64,000 nt of DNA from NCBI GenBank assembly GCA_028534125.1, contig CM052817.1, positions 45,944,001 through 46,008,000 of the forward strand, read 5' to 3'. Shown here piece after piece: positions 1 through 12,648 of this stretch. How positions within the stretch are numbered: the stretch's first letter is position 1; each line of letters starts with the position of its first letter. Made by a program: the position numbers and the translations under genes. This DNA is from Lama glama. Its lineage: Eukaryota. The notes under the pieces are model-generated. The model was not told the DNA's origin, ran no database searches, and saw only the letters and a list, made by a program, of their open reading frames with translations.

Positions 1-254
1 TTCAGGAAGGAAAACTAGCTGCTCTGTACTCACTTTTATGTCACGTGTTTTTTTTCCTATTCAAACTATACTTTCTGAAATAGGAAGAAATATACTTAGT
101 GTATAAAGAGTTCCTGGAGATCAAAGGAAAAACCTTAAGTTTTCTTAGTTTTGCTAAGAACTAGATGGATACATGCTAAAAAAAACAATACCCAAAAAAA
201 GAATGTTTCAAAAACAATGAGCTGAGTACAGTTTAGCAGGGCAGTGAGCTACAG

Positions 255-540
255 TTGGCAAAGATTATAAAAACGGACATCACTCAGGGTGGGTGACGGT
301 ACAGCAGGATGGGAGGTCTCATGTGGAAGTGGAGTGAGAGGGTAAGGCAGAAGGAGCCTTTCCATTCAACGAAGCTTTGGCAGTTCTGACACCAAATTTT
401 TATGATGTCATATCCTTGGAAACAGTCATTCCATTTCTGAGACTCTATTTTCAGGGAATGATTAAAAAAATAAACCAAGAAGATCCAAGAATAGAGGGAT
501 CATCGAGAAAATATGATGTAGTGTTAAAATGACATTTACA
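255..540 (+). mobile_element. Old L1 (L1M/L1ME-like) ORF2-end/3' fragment
   Basis: Degenerate L1 motifs such as 'gtcattccatttctgagactctattttcaggga'; recognised by eye. Confidence 0.4.
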
Positions 541-639
541 AAAAGATTTGTTTGTTATGGGCAATATTAATATAACTCTATCTACTGCATGCTATCAACT
601 CAGTGAGAGGTCTTCCTCCTCCTCCTACTAATTTTACTA

Positions 640-838
640 ATAAAGCCAAACTGTGTCTACCGTTTGCTGTGTGCCAGGAACTCTTCCAAGCCCTTTACAT
701 GTATAAATTTGTTTAATTCTTACAACAACCTGTAAGGTAAATTTTACCATCCCCACTTTACAGATGAGGAAACAGAGGCACACAGATTTGGAATAACCTG
801 TCTCGAGCCACACAGCTAGAAAATGGCAGAGCCAGGTT
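640..838 (-). mobile_element. MIR SINE
   Basis: MIR core 'ccccactttacagatgaggaaacagaggcacacag...cacacagctagaaaatggcagagccagg'. Confidence 0.9.
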
Positions 839-925
839 TTTTGTTTGTTTGTTTGTTTTTTTTAAGATTTATTGAGGTATAATTCACATATCATAAATTT
901 CACTCTTTTAAAGTGCATAATTCAC
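839..925 (-). mobile_element. L1 3' end (L1MB-like) with (GTTT)n tail
   Basis: 'tttattgaggtataattcacatatcataaatttcactcttttaaagtgcataattca' preceded by a T-rich tail. Confidence 0.75.
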
Positions 926-1039
926 AGGGTGAAGTTGAAATAGACACTGGTCACAGGCAGTGCCTCTGAAGTAGGAGAGATTAGAAGGCAACATTTTCTG
1001 AATCTGAGTAATTTTCTTGCACACAGTGCATGAAAGCGA

Positions 1040-1130
1040 GGAGCTTTTCTTTTATCCCCATGGTATCGCAGGACTTAGCAGGGCAACTGGGCCCTAGTGG
1101 ACGTATCTTCTGTGTGAATGAATGAATGAG
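1040..1130 (+). mobile_element. L2 LINE 3' end
   Basis: Ends in the L2 tail repeat 'tgtgaatgaatgaatgag'. Confidence 0.55.
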
Positions 1131-2552
1131 TCCAGTGACATGGAGACTAAATTTCAAGGCTGCTGGTTAAGCCCGGGTTTGACTTCCAGCTGCCTCTTTG
1201 ACCTTTGACCAAGATCGAGCTTCTGAAAATTTCTGGACTGCCCACCTGGTTCTGACCCGCTGCCTTGCTTGACCTACCTGTGCATTGTGACCCAGGTGGC
1301 AGGTCATGGGGCGCTTGACTGCAAGCCCCATTTGAAGATAGCCCAACCAGATCCTGTCTACACCGCTCACTCAGCTCTGGTTTGGCTCTCAGGGTGGTCC
1401 CCACCTTGTTCCCATGCTGACCAGACATGTTTATCTCCAGTGAGGAAATGCCCCAGGGCTGGTTCAGCTTCTACCCATGAAAATCCCCCTGCTTGTATTC
1501 CCTGGTCCCTGGGATACTGTGAAGTGAAGGATTTGGTAAAGAAAGAAACTCCAGAACATTCACTCCTGCAGAGTGCCTCTCTTTTTTGTTTGTAAAGATG
1601 GAAAAGACCTAGCATTCAGTTTAGGTTTTGTTTGAAATAAGAATTCTGCTATCAATGAAAGAGTTAAAACAATCACTATTCGAAATTTTTCATTAGAAAA
1701 ACCTGTGTAAAAATTATCTCCTATGACTGTAAACCTCCTCTCATTTGAACTATAAAGGCTTTAAAAAAATCTAAATTAACATTTCTATTTGAATAATTTG
1801 TTTTTAAGCTCAAAGGCAATAAAACCAAACTTACCATTTCTCTCACCCCAGCTTTCTTTCTATTTCCACCATTTGATTTCATCATTTACATAGCTACATA
1901 GTCGCTCTCAACTCATTGTTTATCCAGAGAGTGGTCTCAAATGAGTTTTAAATTTTTTTCTCTTGCAATGCCTTTGATACTGAGTCCTGGTTTTCATTTC
2001 ACATCTAAGATCTCACTACTCAGCCATATCGACTAAAAATGTTTCTCTGTTAACACCAGTGGTAGAGGAATGTTTTTCTTCTGTATTTTTTCTTTCATGG
2101 CACTGCTAGAATAACTGGTAAAGACTGTTTTTACATTCTCCAAGTCAACACTCTTCCACGCTTTTTTTCTTAAAGTATCAAATTGTATAACTCCTGTTTT
2201 TCAAATTTCTCTACTATCTCATCTCAATTTATCAATTCAAAGCAATTGGTTTCTAACTCCTTAGATGTTTCCTTGGCTTGAGATGTGTACTGACCCATGT
2301 ATACACCATGACCATCCACTATCCCTGAAGCTTTGCTCTGTCTTCTTCGTCTAGAATGTCCTCCCCAGTTTCTGCCTTCCTTCAGCCACCAATCCAAACC
2401 TCTCCCATTCTATAAAATTTTCCTTCTCAAGGAAAGCACATCTAACTTAGTCATCAGTAATCAGACACCAATAGACTAGAGAGCAAATCCTGTGGTTCCT
2501 GTGGTTTCTTAATATTAGTTACACTAAATATTAAATAGTCACTCTCTTCTGC

Positions 2553-3415
2553 TTTTTTTTTAATTGAAGTATAGTGAGTTACAATGCATCAATTTCTGGT
2601 GTACAGCACAGTGTCCCAGTCATGCATATAAATACATATATTTGTTTTAATATTCTTTTTCATTAAAGGTTATTGCAAGATATTGAGTAGAGTTTCCTGT
2701 GCTATACAGAAGAAAATTTTAAATCTGTTTTTATATATAGTGGCTAACATTTGCAAATCTCAAACTTCCAAATTTCTCTCTTCCCACCTTTTTTCCCCCA
2801 GTAACCATAAGATTGTTTATTATGTCTACGAATCTGTTTCTGTTTTGTAGATGAATTCATTATTGTCCTCTTTATTCTTTTTTTAGATTCCACATATGAG
2901 TGATATCATATGGTATTTTTCTTTCTCTTTCTGGCTTACTTCATTTAGACTGACTAATCATTAGGTCCATCCATGTTGCTGCAAATGACATTATTTTATT
3001 CTTTTTTATGGCTGAGTAGTATTCCATTGTACAAATATACCACAACTTCATCCAGTCATTTGTCGATGGACATTTTGGTTGTTTCTGTGTCTTGGCTATT
3101 GTATATAGTGCTACTATGAACACTGGGGTGCATTTATCTTTTCAAGTTAGAGTTCCTTCTGGATATATGCCCAGGAATGGGATTGCTGGATCATATGTTA
3201 AGTCTATTTTTAGTTTTTTGAGGAAACTTTATACTATTTTCCATAAAGGCTGCACCAAACTACATGCCCACCAGCAGTATAGGAAGGTTCCCTTTCTCCA
3301 CACCCTCTCCAGCATTTATCATTCGTGGACTTTTGAATGATGGCCATTCTGACTGGTGTGAGGTAATACCTCATTGTAGTTTTGATTTGAAAAAGATGCT
3401 CAATATTGCTAATTA
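2553..3415 (-). mobile_element. Young 5'-truncated L1 with small 5' inversion and 14-bp TSD
   Basis: Poly(T) followed by 'aattgaagtatag'. The ORF2 C-terminal frame [20 protein letters not shown]...EYYSAIKKN is at 2941-3123. TSD tcttctgctttttt at 2545-2558 and 3416-3429. Confidence 0.95.
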
Positions 3416-3959
3416 TCTTCTGCTTTTTTATATCAATTTACCTTCATTTCCAAGAAAAATGTCCATTTGGGGGCCAAAAACTATGCCATTTAATAATTTT
3501 TTTTGTATTTCTTATTATCTAGAATATGTGCACAATAATACCTTCTGTTGGAGTGACTAGGGAGGAAGGAAGATTTAACCCAACAAAGAAGGATACATGT
3601 AACACTCTTCCAAAGAGCTTTGTCATTTCCTTTGTACATGACATTCTATCTAGAGGATTAAACATATTGGGGTGATCTTGGGGTTAACCATTTTTGTGTG
3701 TCATCATTAATGGCATTGAAATGAAACTTCTAACTTTGTACCTTTATAGTTACTGGTATCAGAATATTTCTGATTGTACTTTTGGTGTGTCTGCTGATAA
3801 TCTGGTGGATCAAGAGTGTCACTTTCAGACAAAGATAACTGCCAACTACTTCTCATATGATTGTAATCTTGTAAGTCATGACGGAATACTCTAGGACTTG
3901 AAACTCATTTTATAGGCATCCTTGACCATCTATAAAGCTAGTGCTCTCCTGCTTTTAGG

Positions 3960-4300
3960 TATTTGCTTTTCCATCTGCCTGAATTATCTTCTTTCCTTTT
4001 CTTAGCTCCTGTCTTTTTTGGGTTACTTCAACACCATCATCAGAATTCCCTTCTCTTCTTCCAGTGAGCCTCCTGGAACCCACAAGGTGTGCATCCTGTA
4101 TGTTCCCTGAGGTCTCTGTACATGCTACATCATAACACTGCAGGGTGATAATGTTATTGCCTGGTAACTTGACTAAATCTCCACTAGACTGTAAGCCCCA
4201 GGATGGCAGTGAGTAAGCCTATCTTTCTGAGCATTGTATCTCCACCTCTAGTGTATGGAATGAATATAAACTGTGTTGCAATTTAAGAGAATTGACTAGT
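3960..4300 (+). mobile_element. L2 LINE 3' fragment
   Basis: 'ctccactagactgtaagccccaggatggcag...ttgtatctccacctctag' L2 3' motif. Confidence 0.65.
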
Positions 4301-4589
4301 AAAATGATCTCTTACATCAGTTGTCCTCCATAATTAGATTCTACACATTGAGGAATTTTTCTGCAATGTATATGAATTTTCAATGATACAAATTCAATCA
4401 TATATATTATTTTTCAATCATTTATGTTAAAGGAAATTCCATAAAATATGGAATTTAATTATGTCTTCCTATAACTCTCAATGCATTTCCAACCCTTGTC
4501 ATTATCCATGCATTCTACATCATTGTAGCAATACTATTTTGTGTTGTTTTATTAAATCTGATTTTATTTATTTACATATGTCATATATA

Positions 4590-6010
4590 TATTTAAAGTA
4601 TAGTTCACAATATACAATTTGCATATTGTATTATTCAGGTGTACAGCAAAGGAATTCCATTCTTTCTCAGATTACATTCCATTATAGGTTATTATAAGAT
4701 ATTAAATATAATTCCTTGTGGTATACAGCAAATCTTGTTGTTTATCTATTTTACATATAGTAGATTGTATCTATCAATCCCGTACTCCTAATTTGTCCCT
4801 ACCTCCCTCTCTCTCTTCATCCTTTGGTAACCATAACTTTGTTTTCCATATCTGTAAGTATGTTTCTGTTTTGTATATAGATTCATTTGTATTATTTTTA
4901 GATTCCACATAGGAGGTGATATCATATATTTGTCTTTGTCTGACTTACTTCACTAAGTATAGTATTCTCTAGGTCCATCCACGTTGCTGCAACATTTCAT
5001 TCTTTTTCATGACTGAGTAAAATTCCATTATATATATATATATTTTTCACATATCTACATATCATGTCTTCTTAAGCCAATCATTTGTTGATAGTCACTT
5101 GGGTTGTTTCCAAGTTTTGGCTATTTTAAATAATGCCATTAAGAACATTGAGGTGCAGGTATCTTTTTAAATTAGAGTTCTCATTTTTTTCTGGATACAT
5201 ACCCAGGAGTGGGATTGCTGGGTCACATAATAACTCTATCTTTAGTTTTTTAAGGAACTTCCATATTATTTTCCATAGTGGCTGTACCAATTTACATTCC
5301 CACCAACAGTGTACAAGGTTTCCCTTTTCTCCACACCTCTAACAGTTATTATTTTTAGACTTTTTGATGATAGCCACTCTGTCTGGTATGAGGTGATAAC
5401 TCCTTGCAGCTTTGATATGCATTTCTCTAATAATTAACGATGTTGAGCATCTCTTCATATGCCTCTTGGCCATCTGTATGTCTTTTTGGAAAAATGTTTA
5501 TTTAGGTCTTCTACCCATTTTTTGATTTTTTTTTGTTGTTGTTGTTATTGAGTTGTATAAGCTACTTGTATATTTTGGATATTAACCCCTTGTCAATTGA
5601 ATCATTTGTAAACATTTTCTTTCATTCTGTAGGTTGTCTTTTCATTTTGTTGATGGTTTCCTTTGTTGTACAAAAGCTTTTAGGTTTGGTTAGGTCCCAT
5701 TTGTTTATTTCTGCTCTTATTTCTTTTGCCTTGGGAGACTGATCTAAGAAAATATTGCCAAGATTTATGTCAGAGAAAGTTTTGCCTATGTTCTCTCCTA
5801 GGAATTTTATGGCGTCATGTCTTATATTTAGGTCTGTAGACCATTTTGAGTTTACTTTTATATATGGTGTGAGGGAGTGTTCTAATGTCATTGATTTATA
5901 CGATGTTGTCCAGTTTTCGCAATGCTACTGTTGAAGGGACTATCTTTTTCTTGCCTCCTTTGTCACAGATTAGTTGATCATGTGTTTGTGGCCTTACTTC
6001 TGGACCATTA
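4590..6010 (-). mobile_element. L1 3' UTR plus ORF2 end, 5'-truncated
   Basis: Minus ORF 5622-5891 (LTPYIKVNSKW...INKWDLTKPKSFCTTKETINKMKRQPTE) is L1 ORF2. The 3' UTR aligns with the other L1 copies in the window. Confidence 0.95.
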
Positions 6011-6829
6011 TATGTGTCTTTATATTAACACAGTCCCATTTAAAAACATCTTTGATTCATTTTTTAATAAATTAAGCTCTCAATCTTTACAGTCTTTTAA
6101 GGCTCCTTGTATTTCCTCTGGTACTTATATTTCCAAGGAGATGGGTTTGTTTCTTTTTATTTGGATCCCATAAGTGGCAACAGATGAACTTTACACCTTG
6201 TGATTGTTCCTGGCAGAACCCTTAGTAAACAGTTTTACAGGTAACTTGAGAGACAGAGTAAATATGTGGAATCTGGTCATTGAGGCTTTGATAAGAAAAA
6301 TTACTGTTAAACTAGGTTACCTAAAGGTACCTAGTTTAGGTACCTGAAAGGCAGAATTCTTTTTAAAAGCGGTTTCCAGGTCAACTTACCATTTTTCTAG
6401 AGGGATGGAGTGTCTTTGAAGAAATAAGAGTAGTCAGTTATTTAAGTTTTTTTTATCAAAGAGATCTCTTTTGGGGTGGAGAGACAGTTGTACAAACTCC
6501 TACTCAAATTTTGTCACAACAGTCATCACAACTGGAGAGCCAATTTATCTAAAGAACTCAAGGTTGGGCTGGACTTACTGGGAAATAAGGATCGGGTGAG
6601 ATGAGTGGAAACCAAACATGTTTGTTATAGATTAATGTATTCTCTTTACACAAAAACTGCATGTGGAAGAATCAGTCACATTCAGACTAGACCCCAACAT
6701 GGCCCTCCTGGGCATTCCCCAGGGTCAGCAGATAATTTATAGAACAGTTCAGAGAACGTCCTTCAAGGTTTTATGATGAGCTGTGCCCCTAGACCACCAG
6801 TGTGTGAAAACTAACGGCCTTTATCTTAC

Positions 6830-6935
6830 CTAAGTGAGTCATGTGAAAAAGGCATCTTCAGTAACTGACAGTTTCCATTGTGCCATTGCTTCCGGGACTT
6901 GTGTTTCAACACATCCATTGCTTGCTTGTCTTATC
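6830..6935 (-). other. Candidate spliced exon (106 nt), unassigned transcript
   Basis: Minus strand: ttttcacttgctgcag|GATAAG...CACTTAG|gtaaga. Contains gcaATGG (ATG at 6918) open to the donor. No homology recognised. Confidence 0.25.
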
Positions 6936-7534
6936 CTGCAGCAAGTGAAAATGCAGTCTTGTTTGGCTAGGATTTTGTGTCACAGCCAGCTTCCTACTTT
7001 AGGGTCAAAAATTCATCCCTTTGAGGAAAAAGACTAGCAACCTGCAACAGTTATGATGACTGTGAGAAGATAAATGGGATCTTCAACAGTCAGCAAATGT
7101 TTTGTTGAGACCCAAAGGATTGTGACATTAAACAAAAGATAATGACATTGTTCTGGTGCCTTCTATCTCTGTCTATTTCCTGGGACAGAAATGATTATGT
7201 TACAAATTGTACCATGGTCTTCAGAGCAGCTCTTCAAAACTTAGAGGCCTGGAGGTAAAATGGGTCCCTGAAAGAACAATCCATTAGTCACAGTATTAAA
7301 GTCCGTACTCCAGACCTCAACTCATGTGCAGCATTTCCTATTTTAACACATTTAAATAGCTCAGAAGAGATCACTAAAGCCACCAATCCTTGCCAAAAAC
7401 AAACAAAAAACCTCATTTTTCTATTTAGCAGAAGTGCTGAATTAATTTTCACCAATTATTTAGCATGACAATTGTTCACACCATTCTGGAGAAATGGCAA
7501 CAAAAACCCCAAGTCTGTAGGTTGTAGATGAGGG

Positions 7535-7625
7535 GTTCAGAGACCTGGGTTCTAATCTCAGCTCTGTTGCTGTGTAATCTGGAAAAGGTCACTATCCTAC
7601 CCAGACTTCCATGTTTTTTCTAGTG
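7535..7625 (+). mobile_element. MIR fragment
   Basis: 'gacctgggttctaatctcagctctgttgctgtgtaatctgg'. Confidence 0.55.
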
Positions 7626-7639
7626 TACATTTTTGAGGA

Positions 7640-7845
7640 ATTTTTATGTGCTTGGCACTGTTCTAAGCAAATTATACCTAATCTCTAAAATGCTACCAGA
7701 TGACTAATGTCTCCATCTTCATTTTAAGGATGGGGAAAGAGGAGTATGGAGAGGTCAAAAGTTATCTAAGGGGATGAAGAAAGGAGGAGGCAGAACCAGG
7801 AATCCAACCCAGGCTGCCATGACAGCTGGTGCTCCTGCCCACTGA
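7640..7845 (-). mobile_element. MIR fragment
   Basis: 'ggcactgttctaagc...cattttaaggatggggaaag...ggcagaaccaggaatccaacccagg'. Confidence 0.65.
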
Positions 7846-7935
7846 GCAAGGCTGTGCAACCACTCCCCGTATCCATAGACACAATGGAAGAGATCTCTTG
7901 GGAAAACCTCATTTCTTTCTTTCTCTTATTTTCAG

Positions 7936-7991
7936 TGTCTAGTCAGACCTTGAATCAGTAGAAACTTAGACGTGTCTACTTTAAAAATAGG
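7936..7991 (+). other. Candidate non-coding exon (56 nt)
   Basis: tttctttctttctcttattttcag|TGTCT...ATAGG|gtaaga; stop codons in all three frames. Confidence 0.25.
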
Positions 7992-8589
7992 GTAAGAAAG
8001 TCCTTTCTAAAGCTTTTTCTAGGGAGCTAAAAATTTTAACAAGATTACTGACTTATAAACAAAGTTTTAATTCAGCTTGGGTCCCTAATAGGCTCATAAT
8101 TATCTTCCAAAAGATGGAGGAGAATTACTGGCTAAATTCTAATCCTGCTTCTTTGGCCAGCGTTAAGCTAGTGTTCTCAGAGCCTTAATGCTCCCAGTCA
8201 ATGATTGCTGCCCTCTCATTAGATCTACTGGATTAAAGTCTTGGACCCATATACTGTTATATTATTTCGGGAATATTAAATTATTAATTGTAAATTAACT
8301 TAAAAGAATCAATTTTCATGGGCTCTGCTGAAAATTGGGTTCTGTTTGAACTTTAAAAAAACCTTTTTCTTATCAATAACCAAACTGTATTCTTGGTGTT
8401 TAAATAGATTTTTCTAAGACCATGCATTGTTTGATGGCTAAGCATGGAACTAAAAAGCTTGAGTTCATTCAATTAATCTATGACCAATCATTCAGAATGT
8501 TAAGTTTAGTTGTATGATATGAAGGAATTTATGGGAAAATTGTATTTGCGATAGGGGATTGAAAATGAGTGCTAATTGTTCTCTCTCTC

Positions 8590-8895
8590 TCAACTATGTG
8601 TGGGTGTTTGTGGATGCTTATTTCCTACACAGATTTCTGGGGCTCCTTCTCTTCAAATCTTACCTCTTCAAATTCCAGCTGCCTTATTCCAGGGCCCAAA
8701 CTCCAGTCTCTGTTTCTTCCACCCACCAGGAAGAACAATACTTTTTGCTCAGGCTCCACCTTCCATGCTGCAGTTTGGAAATTGTGTCCAGCCAAAAGGG
8801 GAAAAAGTGAAGCTCACCTTAAGTGTTTCCCTTTCTCAAGGATCTCAGCCCTGGGCTATCCATTGTCCAGTGTCTGGAAACAGTTGTATCATAAA
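8590..8895 (-). mobile_element. Old L1 5' UTR fragment (L1MC/L1MD-like)
   Basis: 'gctcaccttaagtgtttccctttctcaaggatctcagccctgggctatccattgtccagtgtctggaaacagttg' resembles recalled L1MCa/L1MDa 5' ends. Confidence 0.6.
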
Positions 8896-11429
8896 CCCAG
8901 ATTTAAAACCTGCCACCGGAAAGCAAGTGCACTACCAACTAGTTCTCCTATTTTTTAGGCTAAGAAAGGGTGGCTTTCAGAAATAGAGTAGTCATTAAAA
9001 ATTTGTTTAATCAATAATTCCTTCAAAAGTTTCTGGAAGAAATTTGACTCTGGGTCTTTTTTACCCCTTGACTCTTCCATGAGAGATGCATTTGGGATTT
9101 CTGACCCACCTTTCACCTTACCCTTGTCTTTCCCATTCTCTCCTCATGACTCACAGGAGCAACTCCACCCATTCTTTTCCAAAAAAAAAGTGTGGCAGCT
9201 GCTATGGAAGTACTTCTGAGTCAGTCAGAAGTGAGGCAGGATGCTAAATGGCTGATTCATTCCCCAGAACTTAGAGGAGGCCAATTAGAGGATTAAAGGT
9301 TGTAACGTCAGTTGTAGGGGTAATGGCTTATACAGTGGTTTCTGCAAGCTCACTTACTGCCTGTGACACCACAGGAAATTCACCATAACTTTTTATTCAT
9401 ACACCTACAGTACTCCTGTCTTAACCTGTTGGGTATGGGTATGTATCAGGTAAGAAGGCTATGACCATCCTTTCTAAGACTTTTTGGATAAGTTTTATAA
9501 TAGAAAAAAAAATGGTCAGCCACTTATACTTAGAATCACTTTTATTTCATTTTTCCTGAAACAAGACCAATAGAATGACCAGATACCTTGGGCAGGGGTT
9601 CTAGAGTAGGTCCAAAAATTGTGATCAAGTACACTCCGATGTATACTAATAAGTATTGTAATTGCCTCATGCATTTGGACTGAGAAACACTCCATTTATG
9701 AAACTTGAAGGACCTAAGAAATAAAAATCAAAATAAGCAAATATATAAAAACTGTTACACAGAGCTCTTATATGATACCTTAATACACATATGTGCCTTA
9801 TTCTAATTGTAAAATTCAATAAGGTAGTTCTTTATCTCACTTGAAAAAAGTGAAAAAAATATGTTAAAAATATGTGGAGGCAAATCAAGCATAGTTTGAG
9901 CTTCAGTTCATTCAATCATTATACCCAGTAAGTGACTCAGAGCTTCATTTCCTAGAGTGAAGATGAACAGATCTGGATTTGGTTTCATTGTAAGGCTGAC
10001 GAAATAGACCGTCTCTAGCACATGAGTCTCCCTTACATCCAGACTGCTTCTCTCAGACAAGAGTTTAAGTGCTGCTGTCCACCTCTCACCTTTCCCACAC
10101 GAGAGTTAGGTAGGAAGTCACACTGGACAGCCTCCACTGTATGGGCTGAGAGTTGGAGCAGACTGTGAAACGCCGCATGACCATCCTTCCTTTGTGTGTT
10201 AAGCAATAGAGCCTCAGTAATGTTATGTCCAAATGGACGATATGAGACGTTTGAGAAAAGGTGCCGAGAACAGCATCCCTCTCCCACTGTCTGGTGTGGG
10301 ACAGACAGTGGAGAACAGAGTCAAAAGTCACTGAGACGAAAGCAGTGTTTGGGGCCAAAGCTTGCAGATCAATACTTGGGAGACAATAAAAGACAATGAA
10401 CAGTTAAGGAGAATCTTGGGGGAAAAAGGTGGCCATTCTTTCCACAAGTCCTTCCTTCTGCTTCTATGTTGTGTGCTTGTCCTGTGCTGGAGACAGTGTA
10501 ATTATTAAAGACCATGTGGCAGAGTCCCGGGGGACTCTAAACGAACTTTTTTTTTTTAATCTGGAGTTTAGATTTTCTATTCGGCCTGAGAAACTGTTTT
10601 TCTTGTCAGCAAGACAATATTCTAGCACAAAGGATTATAAATTTCCTCAGTACGGATGGTGTATTTCCTTTTCCCTTTGTGCCTTTAGTAGAGCCTAAGC
10701 CAGTGCTGTGTTCTCAGTGGGCATCTGAAGCTGGGATCTCTAAGCACCCCTCCGCCCAAAAATGGTACTTTATTTTCCCCAACTTGTTTCTAGTCAAGCT
10801 GAGAAATAACAGACCAAATATCCACTAAAGTCCAAAATATCACTTTTATGCCTAACAGAGACTAGACTGGAGAACTACGCTTTAGATTAACTAAGTGCAC
10901 TTGCTAATGCTGAGCTCAGACGTAGGTAGACTCACTGCCCTGGTCACAGAAATGGTGGTGGAGGTGGGACACCCGGATGGAGCCTAAGTAGTGCTTTTGC
11001 TGGGGAGGCACAGAGCGGAATCTGCTCTGTGTGGGCAGATTCACTCTCATGAAGGCTATCTGGGAGCTGAGTCGAGCACACCCATTTACTCGTCCCATTT
11101 ACCAATCAGACAAGTCACTCACCACCCCAAATATGGAATGAGTAAAGGTGCTAAGAGAGATTCAGAGTTATATATTTTGAACCTTTCTCATGGGAAGGAA
11201 ATACCAGGCATTGGAACTCATTCCCTACTTATTTTTGGCCATTCATGGGCGCACTGGATTTTTATGTTTGTGCATGTAAGTGTGCTGGAGGATGCTTAAT
11301 GCTGGAGATGCTGTAAAGGAAACGACCATGATAGAAGGGCTAGTTTATTTGCTTTGTTATGGGGGATAGGATTTTGTGCCAGGAAGCTGCTTCTTGCCCT
11401 TCAAAATGATGGGTTTTTTCCATAGGTAC

Positions 11430-12000
11430 TAAATCCCATCATGTCCCTCCCTGTTTAAATTACTCTGATGACTTCCCACTGCACTTAGACTATAATCCAA
11501 ACTCTATGATGCCCCGAGGTCCAAAAAGCCTCCATAATGTGGCCCTTGCCTACTCGTACCTCTCATTTTCCCTCGATCACTCTGCTCCAGGAACAGTGAC
11601 ATTTGGTTGTGGTTGTTTATACTTCTATTTATTCATTTTTTAAAAACTGTCTATAGAATGTTGATTCCCACTTTAAGTGTACTTGCTGTTCCCTTTTCAT
11701 GGGATCTTTGCATATCTGAGTTCTCTCATCATGTGAGTATTGCTCTAATATCATCTCCCCTGGAAGGTCTTCCCTGAGTACCTAGTCAAAAGCGACCTAG
11801 ACTGGCCACTCGGTCATCTAGTCATTTCATTCTCTGTATAGCCCTCATGTAATTGACAGTCCGGTTTGTTGTTTGTAAATGATTTCGTCTCTCCCATCAG
11901 TCGACAGAAAGTTCTATTCAGTGGGCCTGTCCTTCTGTTTGCTGCTGTGTGTCCCAGCCGCGCGTTTGGTAGGAGCTCATCAAGTACTTGGGGAATGAGT
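11430..12000 (+). mobile_element. L2 LINE 3' region
   Basis: 'catgtccctccctgtttaaa...cttcccactgcacttagactataatccaaactc' through the L2-type tail 'gagctcatcaagtacttggggaatgag'. Confidence 0.8.
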
Positions 12001-12324
12001 GGAGAGTTCCCTTCATCACACTACTGCTGAACAAAAGCACCACCTTGTATGTACAGCAATTAGTCCACAGGCCACGCCAAAGTATAATGCCAGTTTTGGC
12101 CGTAGATGAAAGTGAGGATGTATTTCCTAACAAGCTTGTTGCCAGCTAACAAAAAGGAATGGAGCATGTTAACCAACACACCTTGATAAAGTTGAGAACA
12201 ATCAATAAAGTCCAGAAAATTCATGAGACTTCACTGGCTAAGAGATCTCAGTGGAAAGGGTTCTTATGGGTCAAAAGCTTCTGATTTCAACACTTCAACA
12301 TTCAACACTTCTGATTTTATCAAA

Positions 12325-12395
12325 TTGTGAATCACTACATTGTACACCTGGAACTTATATTGTAAATCAACTATACCTAAATCAATTTTAAAAAG
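12325..12395 (+). mobile_element. Very short L1 3' end
   Basis: 'gaatcactacattgtacacctggaacttatattgtaaatcaactatacc' matches the L1 3' end at 12797-12850. Confidence 0.7.
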
Positions 12396-12648
12396 ACTGG
12401 CATGGAAACAGATCTACAGCCTTTATCCTGGGTCTTAAACATTGTTAAAAAAAAAAAACAGCATTATGCAGATTTCAAAGACCAGGTGTACTCTTATTTG
12501 GGACTAATAAACCAGAATAGATAATAAATTCTCAGATCTTGTATGTAGACTACTTCTTATGCCTGGCTTTTAGGGAAATGACAAGTGTCTTTGGGGCCAT
12601 GACTTGACTTTTCTCTCCCTGCTTTATCCCAATGAAGCAAAGTTGGAA

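Noticed and set aside
8559..8986. Three overlapping plus-strand ORFs (83-136 aa)
   Set aside because: Non-ATG or weak starts, no recognisable domain, and they lie over an antisense old L1 5' UTR fragment.
10033..10399. Cluster of short ORFs suggesting a processed pseudogene
   Set aside because: No recognisable protein similarity, poly(A) tail or TSD.
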